Assembly: GCA_965240325.2 (NCBI GenBank)
Contig: OZ251241.1
Location: 930,001-994,000 of the forward strand
Direction: 5' to 3'
Source of the DNA: Rebecca billardiae RCC1528
Lineage: Eukaryota; Protista; Haptophyta
DNA: 64,000 nucleotides
Shown: positions 47,690 to 58,298 of the stretch, one piece after another
How the letters are laid out: every line of letters starts with the position of its first letter
Numbering within the stretch: position 1 is the first letter of the stretch
Translations under genes and position numbers: made by a program
Notes under the pieces: model-generated
Database searches by the model: none
Told to the model about the DNA's origin: nothing
Seen by the model: the letters and a program-made list of their open reading frames with translations, nothing else

Positions 47690-48761
47690 AGGGCTGCTAA
47701 CTCCCAGTGCCGCGAGTGAGAGGAGGTTGGGTATCGATCAACTCGTGCGCCCTCGCGGCGCAGCGGCTATGTCTCCTGGGGCGCCGCCCTGGAGGGCGCG
47801 TGGGGTGCGCACGCCGCGTGCTCCTGCGCCCGCGGCAGCGGGCGCGGACACGGCGCGCGTGGTTGGTCGCATGTTAGACAGCACGTAGTACCCCCCCACG
47901 CCGCGCGCCGCGCTCGCCGGCGCCCTCGCCGTGCCTCAGGCCAGCCCGCGCCCGCGCGCCGCACCAAGATCCAGTTGTAGCCACGCGCCAGCCGCCGGCG
48001 CGCGCGCGGTGTGCGGTGCGGTCGGCGCGGGGCGGGCGCGCGCCCGGGGCGAGGCTCGTGTACGATCGGCGCGCGCCATGCCGCCACGCGTCGCCGAACA
48101 CGAGCTTGATCACGTTCCACGCGGCTGCTGATGGGTGCTCGTCGAGCATTCCTCAGCCATCAGAAATGAGCTTGGACAAGCGGCTGTGAGCGCGTCAGTG
48201 CGAGGAATGCGACGACTTGGGGACTCTTGCGCCATCATAGGATGCCAATCGTTCACACATCAGTGGTCTGCGCATGTCTATCGCGCTTCGCTGCCTTCCC
48301 GTGATCGTCTCAACATGAGCATTTTCAAACTTGGCCAATGCACACTCGACAGCATGAAAACGCGTGCGCCGACCCATGCGGGCGCCAGCGTGGCGGCGCG
48401 TGGCGGCATGGCGCGCGCCGATCGTACACGAGCCTCGCCCCGGGCGCGCGCCCGCCCCGCGCCGACCGCACCGCGCACCGCGCGCGCGCTGGCGGCTGGC
48501 GCGTGGCCACGGCTGGCTCTTGGTGCGGCGCGCGGGCGCGGGCTGGCCTGAGGCACGGCGAGGGCGCCGGCGAGCGCGGCGCGCGGCGTGGGAGGGCACT
48601 ACGTGCTGTCTAGCATGCGACCAACCACGCGCGCCGTGTCCGCGCCCGCTGCCGCGGGCGCAGGAGCACGCGGCGTGCGCACCCCACGCGCCCTCCAGGG
48701 CGGCGCCCCAGGAGATCGATACCCAACCTCCTCTCACCGGCGCGGCAGAGTTCGCAGCCCT
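47690..48761. mobile_element. Second foldback / long inverted repeat (arms about 370-400 bp, spacer about 296 bp)
   Basis: 47690-48095 is a near reverse complement of 48392-48761. The left arm carries an extra insert of about 30 bp. Confidence 0.75.
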
Positions 48762-49181
48762 TGCGAGGAGGGATCCGACACTCCGGACCCTTGATCCGAC
48801 CTTTGAATCATCATCATCACTACATCTCTTGCTGTTCCCGGGGACGTAGCTGGGGGAGTTGACTGACAGATTGCACGAAAAACCGTTGGCCCCAATTGGG
48901 ATCTGACTAAACTGTATTCCTCGGGATACCTATTGGAAGGCCATCAACCTTGTAAGAATCACCGGACTTCGCGTGTCCTACCGGAAAACTCGCTCCGCTC
49001 GCATGCTTGTTCTTACAGAACAACCAATGCGAGCGGGGCTCGCGATTATAAGACTCTGCTGTCGTACTCTCCGTCACTCGTCAGTATGGCTGACGACTGG
49101 CGCCATCACGACGCAGACAGTGTTGCAGAGCTCGTGCAGCGAGCACGACGGAGCACCGAGTAGCAGTAGCAGTTACTGTAC

Positions 49182-49333
49182 GCCGGTCTGTGGCCGAGTG
49201 GGAGTACTGGCGTGCTCTTGCGTCTGAGGTCATGGGTTCAAACCAGTTTCCAGGTCTCTCTTCGGAGAGCGTGTGACGAAGTAGGATGGCGCGGCAACCT
49301 GCCACCGTGAGCCTTACGCACGTTAAAACAAAT
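49182..49333 (+). mobile_element. tRNA-derived SINE, copy 2 (near full length)
   Basis: Pol III A-box TGGCCGAGTGG (49191-49201), B-box GGTTCAAACC (49235-49244), a UUCG hairpin at 49256-49269 and an A-rich tail. A second copy lies at 34783-34914. Confidence 0.75.
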
Positions 49334-49594
49334 GACCGCGTTCCGCGGTCCTTTTCTGCATAGAATCAACGCAGTTGGGGGCCCGCGGTGGCCGTGCAAT
49401 CGCGGCTCTCCGCCGTAGTGGCAGTTCGCCAGTTGAAGTCGGTTCTGAGATGACTGAAGCTATTAGTCCGACCGTCGCCCTGCCTGCGCGACCGCGAGAC
49501 TCATTCACACTTCACACAATCACAGCAGCGGACCTGAGACCGCACCCGGCACCGGTCGTCAAATCGGACGTCCGTCTGACAACTAGCTGCCAAA

Positions 49595-49732
49595 TGTCCA
49601 ACTACTGGCTGATCAGCTCGGATCCGACCCGTCCGCGATCGTGCCATCGGCATCGGAATTACTACTAGTAGCTGCCAAACTGTGTCCAACTCTGGCTGAT
49701 CAGCTCGGATCCGACCCGTCCGCGATCGTGCC
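49595..49732. repeat. Direct duplication of about 50 bp
   Basis: TGTCCAACT...GGCTGATCAGCTCGGATCCGACCCGTCCGCGATCGTGCC occurs twice. Confidence 0.85.
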
Positions 49733-51489
49733 GAGTGAGTCGTGCCGCGGAGCTCGGAGTACTGAAGGAGTCGGGTGTGACAGCAGGGTGCTTTAGCGCT
49801 GCGGCCCGTGCCAGCCAACGACCAGACGTACTCTGGCCACTTGACCCGTTGCACGGGTGAGTGACCGTACGCCCTGCCTAGTGCCTAGGCCGCGCGCGCC
49901 GCGCGACCGGCGACTCGGGGTGATGGAGAGCGGATGGCGACAGCAGCAGCAGTCCTCATGAAGACGATGAAACTGGCGGCACGGGTGCACGAGGTGGCAG
50001 GCGAAAGCGCGCCGACGAGACCGCATTTGATCGACACACCTGAGCCGCACGCGCGTGCCGTCGCCGAGCGGCGAGCGCTGCAAACGCGCAACCGTACCGC
50101 GCGCGCCACGACGGCGCGGCACTAGCTGATGCAGGCCGTACTGCCGGCACTGCTTCTGCGATCATGCGCCACGGTCGCAGCTGACTGCGTGAGCAGCAAG
50201 CGGGAGGCGGGTCCGGAGGCACGTGCAGGCGCCGTCCCGCATATCCGCCATCGCCCATCGGATCCCCATCGTGCCGGGGCACGTCACCGCTCCGACGATC
50301 CGGATGTGGCCCAGTCCGGACGTCACGCGATCCGGGAAGACGAGTACGATTCGCTCGTAACGAACCGTTACACTAAAGTCACGGCCAGGCTCACGTCCCG
50401 TCCATCGATTACTTATAATGGAATCAGCTGGGCGCGCTCTTTTTCGGCCTAATAGACCTCTCTATGCGATCTCAAAAACTCGAAACTCGGTCTCCGCCAG
50501 CCCTAAAAATCGCCCCCCGTCCCGTTTTTCCCGCCGCCCCCCGTCCCTTTTTTCTTGATCAAAGATCTTTTTGAAACGTGGTTCGGGCCCGCTGGTGCGG
50601 GCTCCACGCTGCGCGCTCCGCCCTGCACCGCGGGCCATAAACTGTATACTCGTCCGAGTCGTCCGACTACGATCGGACTAGTCAGCACAGTCTCACTGCT
50701 ACTACTATATATTAACGACGTGGTATGCAACGATTATTAATTTAAGCTAATACGACTTATTCACTGCTGATGCTCACGCTGCATACACTGACGACTTAGC
50801 GCGAGTAGTCATGGCGACTGACTGCACTCTCTGCTGCCAGTGCATGGCAGTGATGCAGTGAGTGTGCACGCGGCATCCGCAGCATGGCAGCCACTGATGC
50901 TGCGACGACTACGAGGTCGAGCAGTACTGCGTCTGCTGAGTCTGCCAGCATCATCATCATCAGTGCTGGGCTGCTACTAACTACTAACTACTGTACTAGT
51001 CACTAGCTAGACGTCTACTACGTACTTACACTTTGAAACAGCAGACGACCGTACTACCGAGTTAATACCGATCAACGACCTGCACTTGCATAGCCAGATA
51101 GACTCCGCCATGCCAGCCCATGACTCAGAGTCAGATTCATCATTATATTTCAGGCAGAGTCCGGATGACTGTTAAGTGTTATTCCGACAGCAGCAGCATA
51201 GCAAGGCCGCGCTCAAGCTTTACGATCGCGGTGCAGGCTACGCTCTGCCACCAACGCCGACTTCGTGTCGACCGGATCGGGCACTGCCGCCGACGAATCA
51301 GGACGGACCCGCGTCGTCCTACCTGTGTCGTTAAATCATATAGAATATGAGTCTGTGCAGTGTCCGATGACGACGAGAAGATGACTCTCTCTCTCTCTCT
51401 CTCTCTCTCTCAGTGACTCTCTCTCTTCCTCTCTCTCTCTCGTCAGTATACTCTACGCGCGATCGACTATGACGTCGCGCGTATCCAAG

Positions 51490-53313
51490 TCAAGCCGGAC
51501 GAGGCACATCAGCGGCGACAGCGTCGGCGGAAGTCGTCACGGCGGCGAGCCTGCCAGCAGCCTCCTGAATGGCGTGGGGCACGTGCGTCACACTCACCGA
51601 GCTGCTGCGAGTGCGTGCAGCGACGTTGGACGCCGCACGACCGAGCGCCTCGGCGATGGCGGCGGCAGTGCCCTCGCTCCCGCCGTGCATGCAGTCGGGC
51701 TGGCAGCACGCCACATTGACGAGCTGCTTCACCGCGACGTCGAAGCGCTCCAGCCCCAGGGCCAGGGCCTGCGCGTCCGACAGCTGAGGGATCAGGCTGC
51801 ACAGAGCGAGGTCGCGCGGGCAGGCCGTGTGCATCTGGAAGCCGAGCGCGAGGCACAGGTCGAAGGTGGCGTGGCCGATCTGCGCGGCGCAGAAGGCGAA
51901 CTGGCGCGCGACGCCGTCGAGCAGCCTGGTCAGCCTGAGGTGGACGACGTTCTGGTCGGCGCGGGCCGAGGCGAGCAAGTAGCACGTTGCGTTCGAGTTG
52001 TCGAGCATGCGCTGCGCGACCACGACGGCCGCTGCGAGCTCAAGGCAATCCTTCGGGTCCGAGGGCAGATCGCCTCCGCGGGTCTCGAGAAGGCGCGTGA
52101 GCAGGCGGAGCGACGCCCACTTGGCGCCGTCGTGCAAGCCCACGAGCCGGCCGAAGAGCGCGTCCACGGAGGCTGCATACACGCCGAGCTGCGCCTCGGA
52201 CCAACGGAAGGAGGGCGAGCGCGCACGCGCGCGCATGCGCACAGAGGGCGCGCGCGTGCGCGTGCTCTGGGCGCTCGGCGGGAGCTGGGCGGCGCGCTTC
52301 CACGCGTAGCAGTGGCGACGGTGCACCTTCCACGCGCGCCGCTGGCAGCGCGCCGAGCAGAACCGAGCCACCTCGCAGCTCTCGCACGCCATCATCGCGT
52401 TGCCGCCCGGCACGTTGACAGCCGCGCACGAGATGCAGCAGGAGGACACGACGGCGGGCACGTGCGCGGCGCCGCCGAGAAGGTCGTCGTCGAGCGGGTC
52501 GAGGCCCTCCTCGAGGTCCATGGCGCGAGTGAACAGCTCCACCGCGGCGCTGAGCCGCGCCTTGCGCTTCACGCCCGTGAACGGCCGCTTGCCCTCGAGG
52601 TTGAGCCGGCCGAGCGCAAAGCAGCCGAGGACGGAGCCTTGGTCGGCCGCGAGCCCGTACAGACGCGCCGCCTCGCACGGGTCTGGCTCGACGCCCTGCC
52701 CGTACTCGTAGCACGCGCCAAGGCAGTGCTGCGCCTCCACGTGCTCCTGCTCGGCCGCGAGCATGTAGCACTGCGCGGCGATGTCAAAGCTCTGGCGCAC
52801 GCCCAGCATGCCGTGCGCATGCATGTTGCCGAGCTCAAACTGCGACTCGGCGTCGCCGCGCTCGGCGTCGGCGCGGCACTGCTCGCGCTGCGCGATCTCT
52901 TTCGCCACGTGTGGGGAGCACTCCCTCATCGCCGCGTGGCCGAACGCCACGAGCTTCTCGGCCACGGCCTTCAACTCGGAGACGTCGGAATCCAAAAACT
53001 CAGCAGGGTTCGTGCGCAGGTCCGCGATGATGCTCTCCGCGTCGGGGCCGTGCTCGTGGAGCGCCGGCAGGCATGAGTAAAGAGCATCAAGCGCCTCTTC
53101 GACCTGCTTGGCCGGATCTATCATCGGCGTGAACCACTTGGACTGCGCGGCCTGGCATGCGCTTCCGGGCACAGACGAATCGCAAGAGCCGGTGTCGTTG
53201 ACGTCCTTGGCGAATCGCCCGCTCGCGTCGCCCGCCTTGAGCGCCGTGTCGGGGCCATTGTCGCGTCGCGCGCGCTTGATCGAGCCGACGGGCTCGCTTG
53301 TCGACACGCCCAT
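51490..53313 (-). CDS. Sel1-like repeat and MYND zinc-finger protein
   Basis: Sel1 repeats SQFELGNMHAHG...AAEQ and AQHCLGACYEYGQGV...AADQG. MYND finger CISC...CESCEVARFCSARCQRRAWKVHRRHC. Confidence 0.88.
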   Translation of the reverse strand: MGVSTSEPVGSIKRARRDNGPDTALKAGDASGRFAKDVNDTGSCDSSVPGSACQAAQSKWFTPMIDPAKQVEEALDALYSCLPALHEHGPDAESIIADLRTNPAEFLDSDVSELKAVAEKLVAFGHAAMRECSPHVAKEIAQREQCRADAERGDAESQFELGNMHAHGMLGVRQSFDIAAQCYMLAAEQEHVEAQHCLGACYEYGQGVEPDPCEAARLYGLAADQGSVLGCFALGRLNLEGKRPFTGVKRKARLSAAVELFTRAMDLEEGLDPLDDDLLGGAAHVPAVVSSCCISCAAVNVPGGNAMMACESCEVARFCSARCQRRAWKVHRRHCYAWKRAAQLPPSAQSTRTRAPSVRMRARARSPSFRWSEAQLGVYAASVDALFGRLVGLHDGAKWASLRLLTRLLETRGGDLPSDPKDCLELAAAVVVAQRMLDNSNATCYLLASARADQNVVHLRLTRLLDGVARQFAFCAAQIGHATFDLCLALGFQMHTACPRDLALCSLIPQLSDAQALALGLERFDVAVKQLVNVACCQPDCMHGGSEGTAAAIAEALGRAASNVAARTRSSSVSVTHVPHAIQEAAGRLAAVTTSADAVAADVPRPA

Positions 53314-53502
53314 CCTCGTCGACCCGTCGACGGCGGCGTGCGGCAGGATGATCAAGAGGTAGTGTTCCCGCCGTCCTGCGCGCGAGAGGGCAAAGCACCG
53401 CTCGCTCTGAGCTCGTGCTGCGCAGCTGCGGAGTCCGGTCCGGGCAACTCGACCCCGATTCGCCGAACGGTGATGCCGGCCGGGGCCGTGCGTCCCAGGC
53501 CG

Positions 53503-55389
53503 TCACCGCGCTGCAGCGAAGTCGGGCGAGCTTGAGCCGGTGTCGTTGCCTATGCTCCCGCCTGCCACCGAGCGGAGCAGCCGCTCGCCCATGTACTCGC
53601 TGTGCCACTCGCACGCCGAGCAACTGACGCCGCGCGGGAAGCAGCGCTGCAACGCGCACTCGGGCCGCTCGCCGGCCGGGAGCACGCGGCTGCCGCGACC
53701 CGAGCGGAAGTCGGTGCGCGGGCCGACCACCGCGCACGAGTCTGCGTCCGCGCGTGCCGTGCACACCGACGTGGCGAACGTCGACTCCACGGGCGCCAGG
53801 ATGACGTCGCACAGCAGGAGAAGGTACCAGTCGGCGGCACCGCGCGCAAACACGGCCTGGAGGGACTCAGCAGTTCTCGCGGCGCGCTCTGCGCGCGGCA
53901 TCTGGTGCGTGTGCGCGATGGCCTCGGAGCCCGAGAGCGTCAGCACCTCCGCGGAAATCTCCGCCGCGGCCTGCGGCCCCAGTGGCGCGCCCTCGGGCGG
54001 GGTCGCTCGCAGGAGCGCGGCCGCGAGCGCGCCTCGCTGGGCAGCGAATCGGTGCAGCGCCGGCGCGTCGGTGGCGAGGAAGACGGCGGTGTGTTCGCAC
54101 GCCGAGCCCGTAGCGCACGCGTCGCCGGAGCCGACGGCGCCAGCGCTCGCCGCGCCGCGCAGCCGCATGATCCGCGCTGCGCACGCCAGCCAGCCCGAGA
54201 GAGGCGTGCGCTCTGCGAGGTGCGCGCGCTGGCAGTGCCGCGGATCGAAACGGCGGAACGGCACCAGCTTGAAGCGCCAGTGGTCGAAGGCGGTGCGCAT
54301 GCACTCGTTGTTCCCAAAGGCCGCGTCTACCGCCTCGACCGTCGGCGGCGTGCTGTCCGGGAAGCACGCGTGCGCGTCCGCCGCCATCGTGCGCACGTGC
54401 AGCCCGACGCGATGCGCGGCGAGGCGCATGCGAGCCTCGACGGCTGCCACCTGCGCGCCCAGCGCGCGCGTCGGCTGCACGACGGCAAATCCGGAGCACG
54501 CGCGGAAGCACGGCTGCGAGCCGAAGGGCGCGGGCGCGGCCGCGCGCAGCGCGTCGCCCTCCGCGCCGAACAGCTGGTCGCGCAGCGCGAGCACCGTGTT
54601 CCGGTTGAAGAGCACGCGCATCACCAGCATGGCTGCCGATGCGGCCGGCTCGGCGAGCGCGCTCGTCCAATTGCCGCCGTCGAGCTGGATGACGCCCGCG
54701 CTCGCGGCGACTGCGCGCTCGGCGACGTGCGCGGCGGCGTCGGTCCACGCCATGCTCACGCCGAAGCGCAGGTCGAAGTGCGCCTCCATGTCGAAGTGCG
54801 CCGCGTCGCACCGCGGCATGCGCGCGAACGCGCCGCTGTCGTCGCAGTGCTGCACAAACACAGCGCGCCCGAGCGTGGCGCCGAGCCAGAGCGCGAGCTG
54901 GCGCTTGAGCCAGTGCTGCGCGAGGCCGATCGGGCGGAACTCGTCGCGCAGTAGGAGCGTGCGCCCGTGCGTCGCGTGCGTCGCCTGCACCTTCGCCGCG
55001 AACTGGGCGAGCGCGCGATCGAAGCCTGCGCACTCGGTGTCGCTCTGAAGCTCCGAGCCCGCGACCGCCGCGCCGCCGCACACCGCGGCATACTCGCGCT
55101 CGGCGAGTATGGGTGACTCGCGGAGCTCGTCGATGCTGCGAGCATGGAGCTTTGAGACGGAGCCATGCCGCTCGGAACCCACCACGCGGGCGGGAACCGC
55201 CCGAGCTCCCGGTGGCGCCGGCGTGGTGAGCTCGCTCGGCGGATCTGTCGCGCGGTGGGTGGCGGCGGCTTCATACGGCGCGTCGAGTGGGCGCTCCAGC
55301 TCGCGCTGGGCGGAATACTGCGCAATGATGAGTGCGCACAGGCCGGCGACGAAAAGCCCGAGCAGTACACGCCACTTGTCGCGCAGCAT
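53503..55389 (-). CDS. Type II membrane fucosyltransferase-like glycosyltransferase (GT-B, GT11/GT23/GT37 motif set)
   Basis: N-terminal anchor MLRDKWRVLLGLFVAGLCALII, with motif I VGLHVRT, motif II VFLATDA and motif III ADWYLLLLCD...STF. Confidence 0.75.
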   Translation of the reverse strand: MLRDKWRVLLGLFVAGLCALIIAQYSAQRELERPLDAPYEAAATHRATDPPSELTTPAPPGARAVPARVVGSERHGSVSKLHARSIDELRESPILAEREYAAVCGGAAVAGSELQSDTECAGFDRALAQFAAKVQATHATHGRTLLLRDEFRPIGLAQHWLKRQLALWLGATLGRAVFVQHCDDSGAFARMPRCDAAHFDMEAHFDLRFGVSMAWTDAAAHVAERAVAASAGVIQLDGGNWTSALAEPAASAAMLVMRVLFNRNTVLALRDQLFGAEGDALRAAAPAPFGSQPCFRACSGFAVVQPTRALGAQVAAVEARMRLAAHRVGLHVRTMAADAHACFPDSTPPTVEAVDAAFGNNECMRTAFDHWRFKLVPFRRFDPRHCQRAHLAERTPLSGWLACAARIMRLRGAASAGAVGSGDACATGSACEHTAVFLATDAPALHRFAAQRGALAAALLRATPPEGAPLGPQAAAEISAEVLTLSGSEAIAHTHQMPRAERAARTAESLQAVFARGAADWYLLLLCDVILAPVESTFATSVCTARADADSCAVVGPRTDFRSGRGSRVLPAGERPECALQRCFPRGVSCSACEWHSEYMGERLLRSVAGGSIGNDTGSSSPDFAAAR

Positions 55390-55602
55390 TCCTCTTGGGG
55401 TGGCCGTCAGCGGCGGATCGCCGCCATCGTGAAGGCCATTGCCCACGCCCAGTGGCAGTGGAGAGTTCCGGCAGAATGTCGGGCCGTCGTCGTCGCTCGC
55501 TCTCCATCTCGCCCGTCTCTTCTTGCAGAGGTTCGGCCTTCGAGGTTGATTGCGGGGACGAACTTGGACGCGAGGGCGCCGACGCCGACACGCGCGACAA
55601 TC

Positions 55603-56457
55603 ATGATCGCTGCGCTGCTGCTGGTGGGTGCGCCGCAGGCCTTGCTGGGGTCGCGCGTTCTCGGTAGTCCGACAACATTGGCTGCACCGCGGGGCGCACG
55701 CGCCTCGCCGTGCATGGCGGCAGACGCCACGCGGCGCAGCACGATTGCGGCGGCGGCTGCCGTTGTGCCGGCCGTGCTCCTGGGCGCGCCGCCCGCGGCC
55801 TTCGCCGGTGAGTCGAAGGCGAACCGGCTGCTCTCGTCGCTGGGTTTCCCGCCACTGCCCCAGGTAGACGGCTACTCCCAACTCGCCCAGTTCATCGGCC
55901 GCGCGAGCGCGGCCAACATTGACGGCCAGAAGAAGCGCGGCTTCAGTGGGGAGAGCCCGCTTCTGGTCGCGTACAACTACCCGAGCACGTGGGTGACGGC
56001 GATGCCGACGATCACCACGAACGGTGAGTCTGGCACGGTCTCGGCGGGGAACTACATCAAGGGCGACTCGTCCGGCTTCGTCGCCGTCCCCGCGGGCGGC
56101 GTCAAGTCGGTGGCTGATGCGCCAAAGTCGCTGCTGGCCGAGTCGGTCGTCGCGAGCGCAACCGGCGACGTGTACCAGGACGTGAAGGTGTCGAAGGTGC
56201 AGCCGCGGGGCGACGGAAGCTACTACACGTGGGATTACACGTACACCCTGCTCACCCGCGCGGGCTTCGAGGTCGACCGCCACGGCGTCGGCGCCGGCAC
56301 GATCGTCAACGGCCAGCTCTGCGCGGTGGTCACCGCGACCACCCAGCTGCGTTGGAAGTCGGAGGAGACGAAGCTGCGCGAGCTCACGCGGTCATTCGTG
56401 GTGTACCCCGTGAAGAAGTCGGCCATCCCGCAGATTGACGACGTGCTCTCCTCGTGA
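55603..56457 (+). CDS. PsbP-domain thylakoid lumen protein
   Basis: Signal peptide, transit peptide and twin-Arg lumen signal (TRRST...AAFA). The mature domain YNYPSTWV...YTYTLLTRAG.EVDRHG...GQL has the PsbP-fold pattern. Confidence 0.7.
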   Translation: MIAALLLVGAPQALLGSRVLGSPTTLAAPRGARASPCMAADATRRSTIAAAAAVVPAVLLGAPPAAFAGESKANRLLSSLGFPPLPQVDGYSQLAQFIGRASAANIDGQKKRGFSGESPLLVAYNYPSTWVTAMPTITTNGESGTVSAGNYIKGDSSGFVAVPAGGVKSVADAPKSLLAESVVASATGDVYQDVKVSKVQPRGDGSYYTWDYTYTLLTRAGFEVDRHGVGAGTIVNGQLCAVVTATTQLRWKSEETKLRELTRSFVVYPVKKSAIPQIDDVLSS

Positions 56458-57301
56458 GTCTCCGTGCGCGCGCTCGTGTCGTCAGCTCCGTCCCTCGGTT
56501 GGTCACCGCTATCGCCTACCCACCCCGTCACTTCTGGCCGGCGGTGGGTGGACAATTGGCACGATTGCCGTGGCAACCACGGCAAGTTTCGCCTTCCCGC
56601 CACTGGCCCGGGGCCACGGCGCACACCGCACGGCCGCTGGCCCAGCACTGGTCAGCTCCTAAGGGCTCCGTCTCGTGCCCGCGTCTCGTGCCCCGTCACG
56701 GGCCCGTCCGTCGTGTCTGAATTGAGAATTCAGTGAGACTGTGATGAGTAGTGACTACCGAATACCGATGAGTACCTGAGAGTCGGCCGCAACGCCTAAA
56801 CGGTTCGGCCAACTCTGCCCGTCTACGGCGGCCGGCTCCGCGCCGACGACGGTCACGCTGCGCCTGCGAGACAGAGACCGTGCCACCCGTCTCGACGAGC
56901 GGACCGACGTTGGGATGAGTGAGTGAATCGGGCATCGACGCGGAGCGATCACGGATCGCCAGTCATCAGCACTCATCACAGTTCACACCCGCTGCCTAGT
57001 GCCACTGGCCAACGGTATTTACGGTAGCATCCGAGTCAGAATTGAGAATTCCGGCTGTCGAGAGCAGCAGATTGATGTCGTAGTCGCCGTCGGGCGTCAA
57101 ATTCGTAGGATGGCGCGCGAGTCCGGGCGCGCTCTGCGGCCAGCCGCCCACGTTTTCCCGCGCTTTCGGGCCGGACCCAGGCCGGAACTTGCGCGGTGCT
57201 TCGTCGTTCACGTGCCGGTGGCGCTCGCATTTCTCTCAATCCGCATCGTCGCGACAAGTCGAGACTGTTCGCGCTGGCGCGCCTGCACGAAGAGCCACCC
57301 A

Positions 57302-58298
57302 ATGGACGGTGCCGGCTGCGAAGCGGCACACAGCGCGTTGCGCGAGCCCTCGCCGGCAGCCGAGCGGATGGAATCGCCGGTCGTCCTCGACGACGTCGAC
57401 GCCCACGCCGAAATCGGCCCGCCCGCCCCCGATGCCGACGCCACCGCCGACGGCGAGTACATCATTGGCAGCTCTGGCGCGCCGCGAAGAGCGCGTCAAA
57501 ACTTCACGCCGACGCAGCTCGCGATGCTGGAGGTGGTCTTCAGCGCGACGCCATTGCCGCGCAAGCAGATACGGATGCAGCTTGCTGAGCAGCTGGGCCT
57601 GCCACCGCGATCCGTGCAGGTTTGGTTCCAGAACAGGTGCGGCGCACGCGCGTCTGCGCGCGCGCGCGCGGCGCCCGGCCAGCGCATGCTGAGCCCACCC
57701 AATCACCCACGCGGATGCCGCGCGCAGGCGGCAGAAGTTCAAGTCGACGTATCGCGCGACACTCCTGAGTGCGTATGCTCAGCATCAGCAAAACCAGCAG
57801 GGCGTGAAGGGGCTCGAGCAGGGCCCTGCGGCCGCGCCAGCGGCGGCCGCACGCGCAACATTGGCAGGCGGCGGCTCGGCTGCTGCCGACGGCGCGCAGC
57901 CTGTGGTCAGGATCCCAGAACCGCCCGTGGCACGCGCCACCCCCGTCACTACCCCGCTGCCATCGCTCCCACCCGGCGTGCGCGCGGTTCTCGCCACGCC
58001 GTGCAACCTGCCGCCAGCCGGCGCAGAAGCATCGGCGCCGGCGGGCGAGGCGAGGGAACTGCCAGCGCTCGGCGCGCTCGGCGCTCACGTGCACGCACCC
58101 GCCGTCCTGTCCGATGCAGTGCGCACGGCAGACGGCGCTGTGCAGCGGCATGAGGACGCGCAGCTGCGCGAGGCGCACGGCGCCTCTGGCTGCCGAGCGT
58201 CCCACGCCGCGTGTGAGGGCCTTCTGCTCCTCTCGTGCGCGCAGGATGCGCAGCTGCTCGCAGAACGCAGCGCGCCGCACCCGCCGCATGCATGCTGA
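57302..58298 (+). CDS. Homeobox transcription factor (Q50)
   Basis: RRARQNFTPTQLAMLEVVF...LAEQLGLPPRSVQVWFQNR, then an intron at 57637-57727, then RQKFK. Confidence 0.92.

Noticed and set aside
49182-49260. Functional tRNA gene
   Set aside because: A and B boxes are present but I cannot form the acceptor and anticodon stems. It continues into a body and tail shared with a second dispersed copy, so a SINE fits better.
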